Below are positions 42,307 through 53,238 of a stretch of 64,000 nt of DNA, piece by piece. The stretch spans positions 10,952 through 74,951 of the forward strand of contig JAEWNJ010000115.1 in assembly GCA_023392795.1 (NCBI GenBank), in the 5' to 3' direction. The notes beneath the pieces are model-generated. The model did no database searches. It was not told where the DNA came from and saw only the letters and a list, made by a program, of their open reading frames with translations. The DNA comes from Candidatus Cloacimonadota bacterium (GTDB lineage: Bacteria; Cloacimonadota; Cloacimonadia; Cloacimonadales; Cloacimonadaceae). Within the stretch, counting starts at the first letter, position 1, and the number at the start of each line of letters is the position of its first letter. The position numbers and the translations under genes were made by a program.

Positions 42307-45300
42307 CTGCCACCTTCTTGCAAGAGCTTCAGGTATTCCATGATCAGTTGCTGATACTCCTTCGGGTAGCTCCTAAAGCCATCTTCCAGCAAAGTGGCCT
42401 TGCGCAAGGACTCATAGTCGATCCCCTTGCCCGTGGGAGACATAGGAAGACCGGAGGCTTGCTCAGCCTGACGCCTTTCACTGGTATCGCGTTTATTGAT
42501 GGAGCGCTGGGCGTCCAGAAGTCGGCTGAGGATGTTCTCCTGGCGCTTCATCAGCTCAGGATTGAATTGGTTTTGCTTTAGTTGGCGGGCAACCGCTTCT
42601 GCTTCATCGATGATCTGTTTGATGGCATTACCTTGCTTCTGGGCTTCGGGATTGTTTTGCAGGGCACGTTTAAGGTTCTCAGCCAGGCGTTCCTGATCGG
42701 AGGCCAGTTTACCCACCTGATCACTAGTAGCGCTGTCCATCCTGCCTCCCTGAGCCTGCATCTGCATCATCAATTGCTCGGTAAGCATATTCATAGCCAT
42801 CTGTTCTTGCCCCATCTGCTCCAGCATCTGCATCATGGATTGCATCCCTCCGCCGCCTCCACCTGATGAGGAGTTTTGCAGCGCTTGCATAAGGTCATAG
42901 ACCATCAGGTTTAGACCCTTTTGCACGTTCTCCAGATGCGGGCGGATGTTTGGTGTATAGGTCTGTCCCAGGGTACTGAAGATGTCCCTATAGGCCTTGT
43001 TGGTATCGGTAAGATCGATAAAGAACTTCGGCGGGATCATCATACTCACTTGGGGCTGGCTAAATAGTTTGTTCAGGGATATCTGCAAACCCTCATATGC
43101 CGAGATCAGATCTGGCACAATGGGGTAGGGGTTATTTTCATAACGTGCCTTGGTCGCCTCGTGTTGCTTTGAAAAGATCAAAAGCTCGCGGATGGAGAGC
43201 TCAATGGCCTGCACGATTGCTGCCTGAGCGCCTGAACTCATGGATTCCTTCATCTGTGAGAGCTTCAGGGAAAATCTGCGCATCTTTTCCATCGCGGCTG
43301 ACTGGGACTGCTGTGCCTGAGAACGTTTATTCTGCTGCAGGGATTGCTGGCTGTTTTGCATATCCTGCTTGGCGTCGCTTTGCTGCATGTCTTTGAGCAG
43401 GTCATCCAATTGCTTTTTGGCATCAGGATCCTCTTTCAGCATATCTTTCAGTTTTTCCAGCTCTTCTTTCAAAGTGTCGTACTTATCCTGAATCTGCTGC
43501 TGATCCTGAGCCAGTTTATCGGTATTTTGGCTGGAGTCCATGGTCTTGTCGTGCAGTGCTTTCTGCATCTTTTCCATCTCTTCGGATATCTGCAGTGCTT
43601 TCTGCACGGCCTGCTCGTTTTTGATGCTCTCCAAAAGGGCAAGAGTTTGCTCAATCTTCTTGGCAAAGTCTTCCATGGAAAACTTGAAGTCTTCCATCGC
43701 TTGTTTCAAAGCATCGGCTGAGACATTCTGCATGGCCTCTTCCAGCTTTCGCATGGCCTGCATCATTTCGTCGGTCGCGATCTCCTGCATCAATTCCTGG
43801 ATCTTCATCATCTTCTGCAAGGTATCCTGAGACAGAGTGCTGTTTGCTTGCATCTTGTTGATCAGATCCCGATAATTCTCCGCGATGTCTTCCACCTGCT
43901 GGCTGATGTCTTCCTGTTTCTGCAGGATGTCTTGGAGCTCTTGTTTATCTTCCCACTTCAGGTTTGGGTCTTTCAGCATTTCCCGGCGCTTTTCCTCAAA
44001 ACGTTCCTGCAGCTTTTCGCTTTCCTGCAGGCTGCTGCTGAGTTCATCCTGTTTCTGCTTTTCGTTTTGTTCGATCTCAGCGTAGATCTCCTCAATGGAG
44101 GGGAAGCGGGCGCGGAACTTGCTACTGGATGCCTTTTGAGGTGTGGGAGCGTTATCGTAAACCTCAGCCCAGTAGGTAACGACGTCACCGGGGAAGAGAT
44201 CGAGATCTTTCATATCCCACACATAATCTGTGTTGTACAGCTTGGACCGGATCACACTCTGCACTGTTATATTATGCGCAGGATCGCTATTGATCTGGTA
44301 ATACAGGGAGCAATTGGCCAGTCCGAAATCATCATCGGCGCTGATGATCAGGGGCAACATCAGATCCTGATTCAGGCTGATATCCTGGCCGGGGAAGACA
44401 ATCCTGATCTGAGGGGGATTATCCGGCAGCACCCTGATTTGCTTCTCTTCGGGGCGGGACAGGCGTCCCAGCTCATCCTCCATTTCCAGATACCAGGTAG
44501 TGGCTTTATTGATCTTGAATTGCGCGATGAACTCAGCGGGAGCTCTTTTGGTGAGCTCTTTACGGCTGGCATCTTCAAAGACCATGGTCGCCCGCACTAT
44601 GGGGATATTGGCCTTGATCCCCAAGGAAACCACGGTTCCCGCGTAAGCTTCAATGTTGCCGTAGCTGAGGCTATCTGAGAATGCGGAAAGCCCCGTATAA
44701 GCAGGATATTGATACCGTACCTGCCATTCTCTGACGATGGGTTCGTCCAGTACACTTATCTTGTATATCGGGCTTTTGGCCACCTCATTTTCCACATAGT
44801 ACTCGATGCTATTTTCCAGCCGGTTAAAGATATAGCTGTTTTGGCTGAGCCCCAATTCACGCCAAGATTCGGTAAAACGGTAATACAGCCGATGCTCCAG
44901 CCGGGGATCGGGGTCGAGCACGCGAATCATCACGGGTTGGTTCTTGCCGATCCTGATGCTACCCGGGCTGAGGGTGATATCACTTTTATAGCTGATTGCC
45001 GGAGCTCTATTTGTATAAAACTGTCGAAAGGCGTAACCGAAATCAGACCAAAGGTAAGACCAGTAAAAGAAGATACCTGCCAATAGGAAGCCGATGACCA
45101 TTGCCTGATGCTTTCCAATGGGTTTAGGTATCTGATAGTCCCGTTTGCTGATTCTATCGGATGCGTTTTGAGCCAGCGCCAGACTCACAGGGGTATCGCC
45201 GTCCCGTTCGTATATCTCGTAGCTATTTTGGTACAGATCGTCCTTCTCGTCGGATAATCCGTCCAGATAGCGCGCTACTCCATTCAGATCATAGAAATTG

Positions 45301-45527
45301 CGGTAAGCCTGCCAGAGCAGTGATATGATACTTAGCGCCAAGGCTGAGCGTAAAGCCAGATTCGCATAGAGCAGTGCCGGAGAATAGGCAGTGAGAGTTT
45401 GCCAGAGCAGAAACCAGAGATGAACCGCGCAGACAAAGAGCACAAGACTGCCCAGGACCGCCCTGATGGCTATTCCTCTGTTAATACGGGACTTATACTT
45501 GTTTAGTCTGCTCTTGAACTCTCGCAT
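42303..45527 (-). CDS. large membrane-anchored coiled-coil protein (DUF4175-like)
   Basis: N-terminal transmembrane helices and a central beta-rich region. Then about 450 aa of E/K/Q/M-rich coiled coil including SSSGGGGGGMQSMMQMLEQMGQEQMAMNML. Family name is from memory of architecture only. Confidence 0.5.
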
Positions 45528-45631
45528 CCGTCATTTCTCCCTTGTCCAATCTAAACAAAATGGGGTGGGTATTGTGTCAAGCAGGAAATGCGAGCATGAT
45601 AGTGGACGTTCCTCCGCCATTTATCGATCAC

Positions 45632-45658
45632 AAAAAAAGGCACGCCGAAACGTGCCTT
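45632..45658 (-). terminator. intrinsic terminator after the porin-like gene
   Basis: AAGGCACG/CGTGCCTT stem with a 6-nt loop. On the minus strand it is followed by TTTTTTT. Confidence 0.8.
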
Positions 45659-45679
45659 GAATGTGCAATCTATCGATTC

Positions 45680-46771
45680 TTAGAATTCCACCTTAAGAGT
45701 GCTGCCAAAGAGGTAGTTTGCAGTATCGTTGTCATGAGAACCGTAAGCTCCGTAAACAGCGAGGTTGAAGAGATCGGGGATGATCTCATATTCGATTCCA
45801 GCATTCACTTCCATGCCAATATCAGTAAGTATACCGGCTGCGGCGAAAGCATCGATCTTATCGTTAAGCGGGGCCTTTATGGAGCCAACCAGGCTCATGA
45901 AAGTATCGCTGTTTCCAGTATATGGGGTTCTCCAATAGAGGTTTGTCCCGTCGTGATGCTTGCCGATACCGTAAATGTATAGTCCGTTCTGATACCAGGG
46001 GCTGATGGTGGTTAGGCCGTATTCAGTGGCAATAAGGGCATCCAGACCAACTTCCATAACGTCCAGATCTGCTTTGGCTTTTGCTGCACCGCCGAATCCG
46101 ATATTGGTATCATCGTCATCCATCTGCATATCCATGAAGGCAGCCAGATCCAGGGTGAGAGGATCAACAGCGAGGTTGAGGTAGGGATACAGTGTGAAGT
46201 TGTTAACCTTATCTCTGGGAATGAGGTTGTTTCCAAATAGGGCATAGACACCAGCAGGAGCCTTATCGGCCATATTGACATGGGCCATAAAGATGTCATA
46301 ATCGCGGTCGTCGTAGTGACCCCCTTCAGTGTGTTTCATCCAGCCAAACTCAGTATTAAATCCGGCAAGATCTTCCTTTTGGACCAAGATGCCTGAGAAA
46401 TAATCATCCATGATCAAGCCCATCTTATCCATCCAATATAGCTGACCAATACTGATATCAGCTTCAATGGCATGCAATCTGTATTTGATAAAGGCTTCGG
46501 TTACATGAATGCTTTCTCCGGTGGAGATTGCACCGCCGCCATTACCCCAGGTGGTATTACCGATTTCCACGGCAAGCCGAAGGGCAAGATCAGGGTGAAG
46601 CTGAGAATCTAAACCCAGGTTCATGCGATTGTCCACCCAGGCACCGTCGTTTTCGCTTCTATCGTTGGCAACGGCTCCACGAGTGCGGTTTTCACCGCTG
46701 ATGTCAAATTCGATAGCGCTGAGAAGCGTAATCATCAGCAGGACAGACAGAACTAGTAGTGTTCTTTTCAT
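45680..46771 (-). CDS. outer-membrane beta-barrel (porin-like) protein
   Basis: ATG 46771 follows AAGGAG. Signal peptide MKRTLLVLSVLLMITLLSA. Alternating hydrophobic beta-strand pattern and terminal ...LKVEF (C-terminal Phe). The track start 46963 overlaps the upstream gene. Confidence 0.65.
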   Translation of the reverse strand: MKRTLLVLSVLLMITLLSAIEFDISGENRTRGAVANDRSENDGAWVDNRMNLGLDSQLHPDLALRLAVEIGNTTWGNGGGAISTGESIHVTEAFIKYRLHAIEADISIGQLYWMDKMGLIMDDYFSGILVQKEDLAGFNTEFGWMKHTEGGHYDDRDYDIFMAHVNMADKAPAGVYALFGNNLIPRDKVNNFTLYPYLNLAVDPLTLDLAAFMDMQMDDDDTNIGFGGAAKAKADLDVMEVGLDALIATEYGLTTISPWYQNGLYIYGIGKHHDGTNLYWRTPYTGNSDTFMSLVGSIKAPLNDKIDAFAAAGILTDIGMEVNAGIEYEIIPDLFNLAVYGAYGSHDNDTANYLFGSTLKVEF

Positions 46772-46853
46772 TTTTAGTACTCCTTTATTGGCTTTATTTT
46801 TTTGGATTATGCCATATAGGATAAGTGTTTTTCGCATATCCGCAAGCAAAAAA

Positions 46854-47945
46854 TCAGCAATCGATAAGGTTGATACCAATTTCTTCTTGCATGGCGCGTA
46901 TGTTTTTCGCCAGATTGGGTACGATCGGAATCCCTTTTTCACGCACTTCCAGGCTCTTTTCATATTCTTTTTCTCCGGCGACCCAGATGCGGTCTTTACC
47001 GGGGATAAGCTGCGAGTTTTGTAGCTGCTTACAGATGTCTGTGCTGATTGCTTTAAAGCTCTCCGGCTCTGTGAAGAAATCGATGTTTATGGCTACAAAC
47101 AAATGTCCCAAACGGTAGGGAGCTGCCTTCCCGGATTCATCCCTGCCCAAAAGCATGTTCAGATAGCTGCCGTTTTGCAATGCCGCGCAGAGGATTTCCA
47201 CCATGGTGCTGAGGCCGTAACCCTTATGGCTGCCGCTTAGCTCGTCAGTACCGCCAAGGGGTAGCATGGACGCGGTTTGATCTATCAGATCTTTCAGCAG
47301 GCGCTGGGTATCGGTGTGTGCCTCGCCCTGCAGATTGATCGCCCAGCCTTCGGGAGTAGCTTTTTCTTCACGCGCCAGTTGCTCGATCTTTCCCCTTTGG
47401 GAGATTGATGTGGCGGCATCATAAAGGAAGGGATAGGGAAGGTTTGTTGGGGCTCCAAAACAGATGGGATTGGTGCCCAAAAGGGGAGAAACACCGCCAG
47501 TGGGGCAGATCGAAGGACGGGCATTGGTGAAAACCAGACCCAGCATGTCCTGTTTGGTCGCCATTTCGGCATAGTACCCGCAGATCCCGAAATGGGTGGA
47601 ATTGCGCACAGCCACAGCGCCCAGCCCATATAGTTTGGCCTTTTCGATAGCCGTTTGCATCGCTTTATAGGCCACCACGTGACCCATCCCATGATTCCCG
47701 TCCCATACCGCTGTGGCATAACGGTCGCGGATTACGTCGATCTTCGTTACAGGCTTCTGAATGCCCTGTTTAATGCGGTCGTAATACATCTTCAATCTGC
47801 CGATGCCGTGGGATTCAATCCCGCTGAGATCGCTGGCGATCAATACATTGCTGCAGATCCGGGCATCCGCTTCCGGAACTCCATTTTTCACAAAGACTTC
47901 CATCATAAAGTCGTACATTTGCTGGACGGGTAGACGTAGCATCAC
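46854..47945 (-). CDS. Ldh_2-family (malate/L-lactate dehydrogenase type 2) oxidoreductase
   Basis: IESHGIGRLKMY, NPICFGAP and HKGYGLS motifs of the Ldh_2 family. ATGA overlap with the upstream decarboxylase. Confidence 0.7.
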   Translation of the reverse strand: MMLRLPVQQMYDFMMEVFVKNGVPEADARICSNVLIASDLSGIESHGIGRLKMYYDRIKQGIQKPVTKIDVIRDRYATAVWDGNHGMGHVVAYKAMQTAIEKAKLYGLGAVAVRNSTHFGICGYYAEMATKQDMLGLVFTNARPSICPTGGVSPLLGTNPICFGAPTNLPYPFLYDAATSISQRGKIEQLAREEKATPEGWAINLQGEAHTDTQRLLKDLIDQTASMLPLGGTDELSGSHKGYGLSTMVEILCAALQNGSYLNMLLGRDESGKAAPYRLGHLFVAINIDFFTEPESFKAISTDICKQLQNSQLIPGKDRIWVAGEKEYEKSLEVREKGIPIVPNLAKNIRAMQEEIGINLIDC

Positions 47946-49129
47946 ACTTCTCCTTCGCTAAAGATTACAGCGTTCAAGGGGGGGAAACCGTTGAAGCAGA
48001 TCGAGGAATAGCTTCTAGTGTAGGCTCCAGTGGTAAAGATATACACTTTGTCTCCGGGCACAGTGGTATCGGGCATATGATACTTGACGTTTTCATATAG
48101 GATATCCATGCTATCACAGGTCGGTCCAGCCAGGATGATCTCATCCGCCAGACCCTCTCGCTCAAAGTAAATGGGGAACTTAATTGATTCATCGATCGTT
48201 TCGATCAACCCGCCAAACTTCCCGATGTCCAGAAACACCCATTGGTACATGTTATTCTTGGATTTACGGCTGATATTGACCACTTCACTTACGATCAGTC
48301 CGGCGTCGGCGACCAAGGAACGTCCCGGTTCCAGGATAATTTGGGGTATGTTCTCGCCAAAATCTTCCGTGATAAACCGCATGATTTCGTCCGCGTACTC
48401 CTGCAAGGAATAGGTTGGATCCACATAGGAAGCGGGAAAACCGCCTCCCAGATTGATCATCTGCAGCTCGATCCCGTCTTCAGCAACCGCGTCAAAGAGG
48501 TATTTACAGCGGGCAATGGCGTCGTCCCACTGACCAATGTCGCGCTGCTGCGAGCCCACGTGGAAAGACAGACCATAAGGCGTCAACCCCAGATCTCTGG
48601 CTTGCAGGATCAGGTAGTATATGATGTCGGAGTGTGAACCGAATTTCCGGGAAAGCGGCCAGTCGGCTCCGGTACCCTCTGTCAAAATGCGGAAGAAAAC
48701 CTTGGCTTGAGGGGCTGCCGCGGCAATGTTTAGCAGATCATTCTCGCTATCTGTGGCAAAGAGCCGCACTCCTTTTTGGTAGAAATACTCTATATCTTTT
48801 CGTTTCTTGATTGTATTGCCATAGCTGAGCCGGGAGGGATCCACTCCCAGTTCCAACATCATATCAAGTTCATAACGGGAGGCGATATCAAAACACGATC
48901 CCTTGGTGTTCAGGAGCGTCAATATCTCTTTCATCGGATTAGCTTTTACGGCATAATAAATCCTGGCTTCAGGAAAACTAGCGGTGAGCTCTGCATATTT
49001 GTGCCCGATCAGCTGCAGGTCCATCACCAAGGTGGGAGTAGGTAGATCCTTCGCGAAGTGTTTAATCTGCTCAAAGCGCAGTGGATCTATATAACGTTCC
49101 ACGTTGAAATGATATGCTTCTTTGTACAT
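47942..49129 (-). CDS. PLP-dependent ornithine/lysine/DAP-type decarboxylase (alanine racemase fold)
   Basis: YAVKANP (PLP lysine), NLGGGFP and GPTCDSMD motifs. ATG 49129 is preferred over track start 49162. Confidence 0.75.
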   Translation of the reverse strand: MYKEAYHFNVERYIDPLRFEQIKHFAKDLPTPTLVMDLQLIGHKYAELTASFPEARIYYAVKANPMKEILTLLNTKGSCFDIASRYELDMMLELGVDPSRLSYGNTIKKRKDIEYFYQKGVRLFATDSENDLLNIAAAAPQAKVFFRILTEGTGADWPLSRKFGSHSDIIYYLILQARDLGLTPYGLSFHVGSQQRDIGQWDDAIARCKYLFDAVAEDGIELQMINLGGGFPASYVDPTYSLQEYADEIMRFITEDFGENIPQIILEPGRSLVADAGLIVSEVVNISRKSKNNMYQWVFLDIGKFGGLIETIDESIKFPIYFEREGLADEIILAGPTCDSMDILYENVKYHMPDTTVPGDKVYIFTTGAYTRSYSSICFNGFPPLNAVIFSEGEV

Positions 49130-49358
49130 GGCAAGTCCTTCGTTCGATAATGATCTGATCAAGCTATTTGGGGGGGCAGATTATGTCAATCGATTATGCT
49201 TATTCTGCTCTGCCTTTTTTATGATGGGTAACTCTCCTCCCCCTCCATGAGGCCCAAATTAGCTCCCTTCTGACCAATACTTGGGATTATAAGTGCTCAG
49301 AAAAAGGGACAAGGCTCAATTCGCCCAAGCGTGGAGCAGTGAAGAAAAACAATGGATC

Positions 49359-51851
49359 CTACCGGATCAATGTCAGCTTCTTCCCGCTGACCTTCCTGCC
49401 ATTCACCATTAGGTTGACTATGTAAACTCCGCTGCTGCATCGCATATCATCGGCATCTCTGCCATCCCAGAAGGTGATTTGCTCACCCGATTTCCCTGGA
49501 TCTAGCTTTATGCTTTTTACTCTTTGCCCCTTGATGTTGTAGATTGAGATGTTTGCACTTTGTGCGCCTGTCTGTATTGTCTGTGAACTGCTCAGGGCGC
49601 TCACCTTGATGTTGGTAAAAGCGGAAAAAGGATTGGGATAAGCTGTCAGATTGACTTCGGGAATAGCCGGGATCACAGGATCAAAAATTGATACGTATGA
49701 TTCCGATCCATACTCATAGCAGCCCATATCGATCCTGCCATCCCAAACCCGATGATTGCCGGCTAGATCGTAGGGAAGTAAAGCCAGGCCTATAGTATCT
49801 GGATTGGCAGCGTTTATGCAAGGTGAGGAAGCGGTTAACTGAGCAAAAAACCGGTTTTCAGAATGCAGGCTATAGAACTCTGGATTGCCGTTGATGTTGG
49901 TGGTGCCATATTCCACAAAGCAATTGGGCCCGGTGATGATGCCATCCGTTCCGCCGCGGACACTGTTGTAGTCCAGATAGATATGGGAAATCGGCGAGAT
50001 GGGTACTGTCATCACCGATAGCTCATAACTGCACTGTGGGTTGTAGAAGATGTTGTTTTGTAATTGGTGGTTACCTATCAGTAACAGCGCTGCTGCCCAG
50101 CCCTCAAGGTTTACAAAGGTGTTGTTCGTAATCTTGAAGCTTTCGGTACTTTGATTGCCAAACGTTATCGGGGGATAAGTATCTAAACTCATGTTACTAA
50201 AAAGGCAACCGCTGATGTTTACATTGAGCGGAGCATTGTCGTTCAGGCCATCGGTTATGGCAAAGGGGACCTGCCCGGGTACAGTCTCAAAATCACTGAA
50301 GATGCAATTCTGGATGGTCAGAGAATCGTTTACATTTATAGTGAACATATCCACTGGATCCTCTCCGGGATCATTGAAAACTGACCGGATATTGCGGAAC
50401 TCACAGTCGATGATAGCGCCACTTTCCCACTCTGAAGAGTAGATAACCCCCCTATCTTCAGCCTCAATATTGTAAACCTTTATGTCCTTTAGAAGGGCGT
50501 TAATTGGTTCTGTTATCATTATACAGCCTCGATTACTAGTAACGAGATCCTGTATTGTTACATTTGAAATTATGGAGTTTTCTAGGGAGCATAAGTTTAT
50601 TATCGGCCAAACACCATCTGTTATTGACGATGTGATGCTAAAACCAGATATTTGGGTATTGCTACTATACAATCCGGATACTATGTTGTTATTGATACCT
50701 TCAATGTTATTCGTAACCACAAGCAGGGTGGAATCTGGACCCGCACCAACGATATTTACATGGGACTTGATGGGAACCATGGGGTTAAATTGATCCTCAC
50801 TGGTGTATATTCCCGGCAGGATGTGTACGGTTTTGGTATTGGTGCTGTCCGGGGCGATTTTGTGTATAGCTTTGGCGATGTTTTTCATAGCTTGTTCCGG
50901 AATCAAACCGCTGTCGTCGTCGTCCCCCTCCGGACTCACATAGATATCGCAGTTGACTTCCTGCCGAAAAGCGCGTAGATGATGATAGTTATCGTTATAA
51001 CCCTGTGTAGCCGTGAAGTTGGCATGACGGCCAAAGTAAAAATCACCAGGATTGGGCACGGAAACCATATCCAGATAAATCTCCAGATTAGTCATCAGGT
51101 CGGTCACCATGATGTCACAGGGGCTTGTGCCGTAGTTTTCGTACACGGAGCAGCGATTGACCTCATCAAAAACGATGTCTGGAGTTGAGTGTCTTGAACC
51201 CCAAATGAACATCCCCCCTCCTGAAGCGGAGGCATGATTGTTGTAAATCTTTGTCCCTGCAATGTTAACAGATGACTCATTAGCAAAAACTCCTCCTCCC
51301 AAAACAGCTCTATTGTTTGTTATCACACAGTTTGTGATGCTGATTTCACAGTTAAAATACATGAACACTCCTCCCCCATATCTTTCATCATTAGCCCCAG
51401 CTAGGTGACCGATGCCGTGTTCCAGGGTCAGACCCCGCAGGGTAACGCCTTGTTCTTCATTGATGAATCTCACGCAGGGATTGGCGTTGTTGCCATCGAT
51501 GATCGTGGTACTGATGAAGCTGCTGTCATTGGTAACTGCTTCCAACGAACAGAGGGTGATTATCTTACCGCCAAATACAACGTTCTCGTAGTAACGTCCC
51601 GGATACACCAGAACCGTGTCACCATTGTTGCAGTCGTTTATCGCGTTTTGGATGCTGCTGTATGTCTGTGAACCGTCCAGGGCTACGGAGCGGGTAAGAG
51701 CGGATAAGGGTAAAAGAAAGCACAGAGGAATATAGATAATCAGGCATCGGAATGCCCATTGGGGATTGAATGTACTCAGCAGAGACTTTGTTTGCTTCGC
51801 TGAGATCACTCGGGCAGCTATGTCAGTTTGTCTTCTTTCCGATGTCTTCAT
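49359..51851 (-). CDS. large right-handed beta-helix surface protein with C-terminal T9SS/FlgD-Ig-type sorting domain (cassette copy 2, gene 2)
   Basis: N-terminal membrane/signal helix. GDTVLVYPGRYYENV start of a pectate-lyase-like beta-helix with repeated N..I..N motifs. C-terminus YPNPF...IYNIKGQRV...GVYIVNL. Paralog of 53594-56074. Confidence 0.75.
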   Translation of the reverse strand: MKTSERRQTDIAARVISAKQTKSLLSTFNPQWAFRCLIIYIPLCFLLPLSALTRSVALDGSQTYSSIQNAINDCNNGDTVLVYPGRYYENVVFGGKIITLCSLEAVTNDSSFISTTIIDGNNANPCVRFINEEQGVTLRGLTLEHGIGHLAGANDERYGGGVFMYFNCEISITNCVITNNRAVLGGGVFANESSVNIAGTKIYNNHASASGGGMFIWGSRHSTPDIVFDEVNRCSVYENYGTSPCDIMVTDLMTNLEIYLDMVSVPNPGDFYFGRHANFTATQGYNDNYHHLRAFRQEVNCDIYVSPEGDDDDSGLIPEQAMKNIAKAIHKIAPDSTNTKTVHILPGIYTSEDQFNPMVPIKSHVNIVGAGPDSTLLVVTNNIEGINNNIVSGLYSSNTQISGFSITSSITDGVWPIINLCSLENSIISNVTIQDLVTSNRGCIMITEPINALLKDIKVYNIEAEDRGVIYSSEWESGAIIDCEFRNIRSVFNDPGEDPVDMFTINVNDSLTIQNCIFSDFETVPGQVPFAITDGLNDNAPLNVNISGCLFSNMSLDTYPPITFGNQSTESFKITNNTFVNLEGWAAALLLIGNHQLQNNIFYNPQCSYELSVMTVPISPISHIYLDYNSVRGGTDGIITGPNCFVEYGTTNINGNPEFYSLHSENRFFAQLTASSPCINAANPDTIGLALLPYDLAGNHRVWDGRIDMGCYEYGSESYVSIFDPVIPAIPEVNLTAYPNPFSAFTNIKVSALSSSQTIQTGAQSANISIYNIKGQRVKSIKLDPGKSGEQITFWDGRDADDMRCSSGVYIVNLMVNGRKVSGKKLTLIR

Positions 51852-51880
51852 AATGTATATTCCTCTGTGGTCATATGATA

Positions 51881-52784
51881 CTATTTCAGCATGAGCATCT
51901 TTTTGCTTACGCTCTTACCATTTGTGGTTAAGCGATAGTAGTACACGCCGCTGGAGCATTTATTGCCCCGGGAATCAGTGCCATCCCAGACCACGGTATG
52001 AGGTCCGATGGAATCTCGTTTGTTCAGGAGTCGCTTCACAAGCTGCCCCTTCAGATTGTAAACTGTCAACTGCACTTCCCCGTCTTCAGGTAAATCGTAG
52101 CCTATGTTTGTAATCGGATTGAAGGGGTTGGGGAAGTTCTGCTTCAGTTCCGCCACGGGTGATACGCTGGTGCAATTCTGGGGATCGGATATGGCTATCA
52201 GGTAGTAAGGGTTTGGTCCTTTTGATACTTGAAATTGCTTACTATCCATCCGGTAGATTTTTTTGTTGGATGCTCCGGATTTTGAGGGATAATAGAATAC
52301 CAGGAAGGAATTCTCCGGCGTAATTTCTTCTCCCTCATCCAGATATGCGCAAATATGCAACAGACTATCTTCCACTACCACCGCACCTTTGCAGATATCA
52401 TTTACATATAGACCAATCTCCGCTGGCAAATCTGCGTCTTTACTTTGGGGTAATGTAACGTAGAAAGGAGTATAGGATTATCGTATTATCAATCAGCTCT
52501 TCACTATTCAACTCTGGGTCATAAGTACTCCTAAAAGTCAGGTCACGGGGAAAGCCTATAAGCTGAATGTTCTCGATGTACACTCCGGGTAGTATGACAA
52601 TATCATCTACTGAATCGTCTCCCAATGCTCGTGCCACAGCGTCGTTCACGGTAGGGAATGGATACTCCTCTGACCCATCAGGATTGAGGGCGGTAGAATC
52701 GTCATCAACATACAGCGAAGTTGCCCACGCTGAGCTGAGAGTAAGGATAAAAAGAGAGAACAGCAGTGCTTTAAAGAAGCGCAT
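51881..52784 (-). pseudogene. internally deleted, frameshifted paralog of the 901-aa beta-helix gene (cassette copy 2, gene 1)
   Basis: ORF 52440-52784 matches about the first 105 aa of 56103-58802. ORF 51881-52429 matches its last 182 aa at about 88% identity by eye. The junction near 52430-52470 changes frame. Confidence 0.8.
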
Positions 52785-52792
52785 TGCTACTA

Positions 52793-52802
52793 GGGGGGGG
52801 GG
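52793..52802 (-). repeat. homopolymeric tract G10 (C10 on coding strand) in the leader of the decayed cassette gene
   Basis: Counted directly. Lies between SD-led ATG 52821 and ATG 52784. Confidence 0.9.
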
Positions 52803-53238
52803 CTTGATGTGTCTTGATCATGGTTCGATCTCCTTTTTTATGTTGCCGGTTTATCCCGGCGTTTTGATAAGAGAATGATCCGTTCATCGTCTTCAATTCT
52901 GCAGGCAGCACAAAATGTTCCAGTTTACAAGTTCAGGTCTGAGCTGGGTGTTTTCAAATATTTTTTAGTGGCCTGAGCTTGTCAAGAGATATCTTGCGAT
53001 ACACACATATTGTCTGAATATTTCTACTAGAGCCCATTACAAAAGGAAAGCACGGATTTCTTATCCGGGGATTTACTCTTAGCGCGGAATCTTTATCAAT
53101 GTGGAAGCTATGCTAACAAGCAAGCGCAGAGGGGCTCAGAGGATTGACAAATTCCATTGTTTCCATAATTGGCAAGCATGGGTAGCACCCTGAGCCCCGA
53201 AGGGGCGCAGGCTGTTGACAAAATCCACTTTCCACGAA

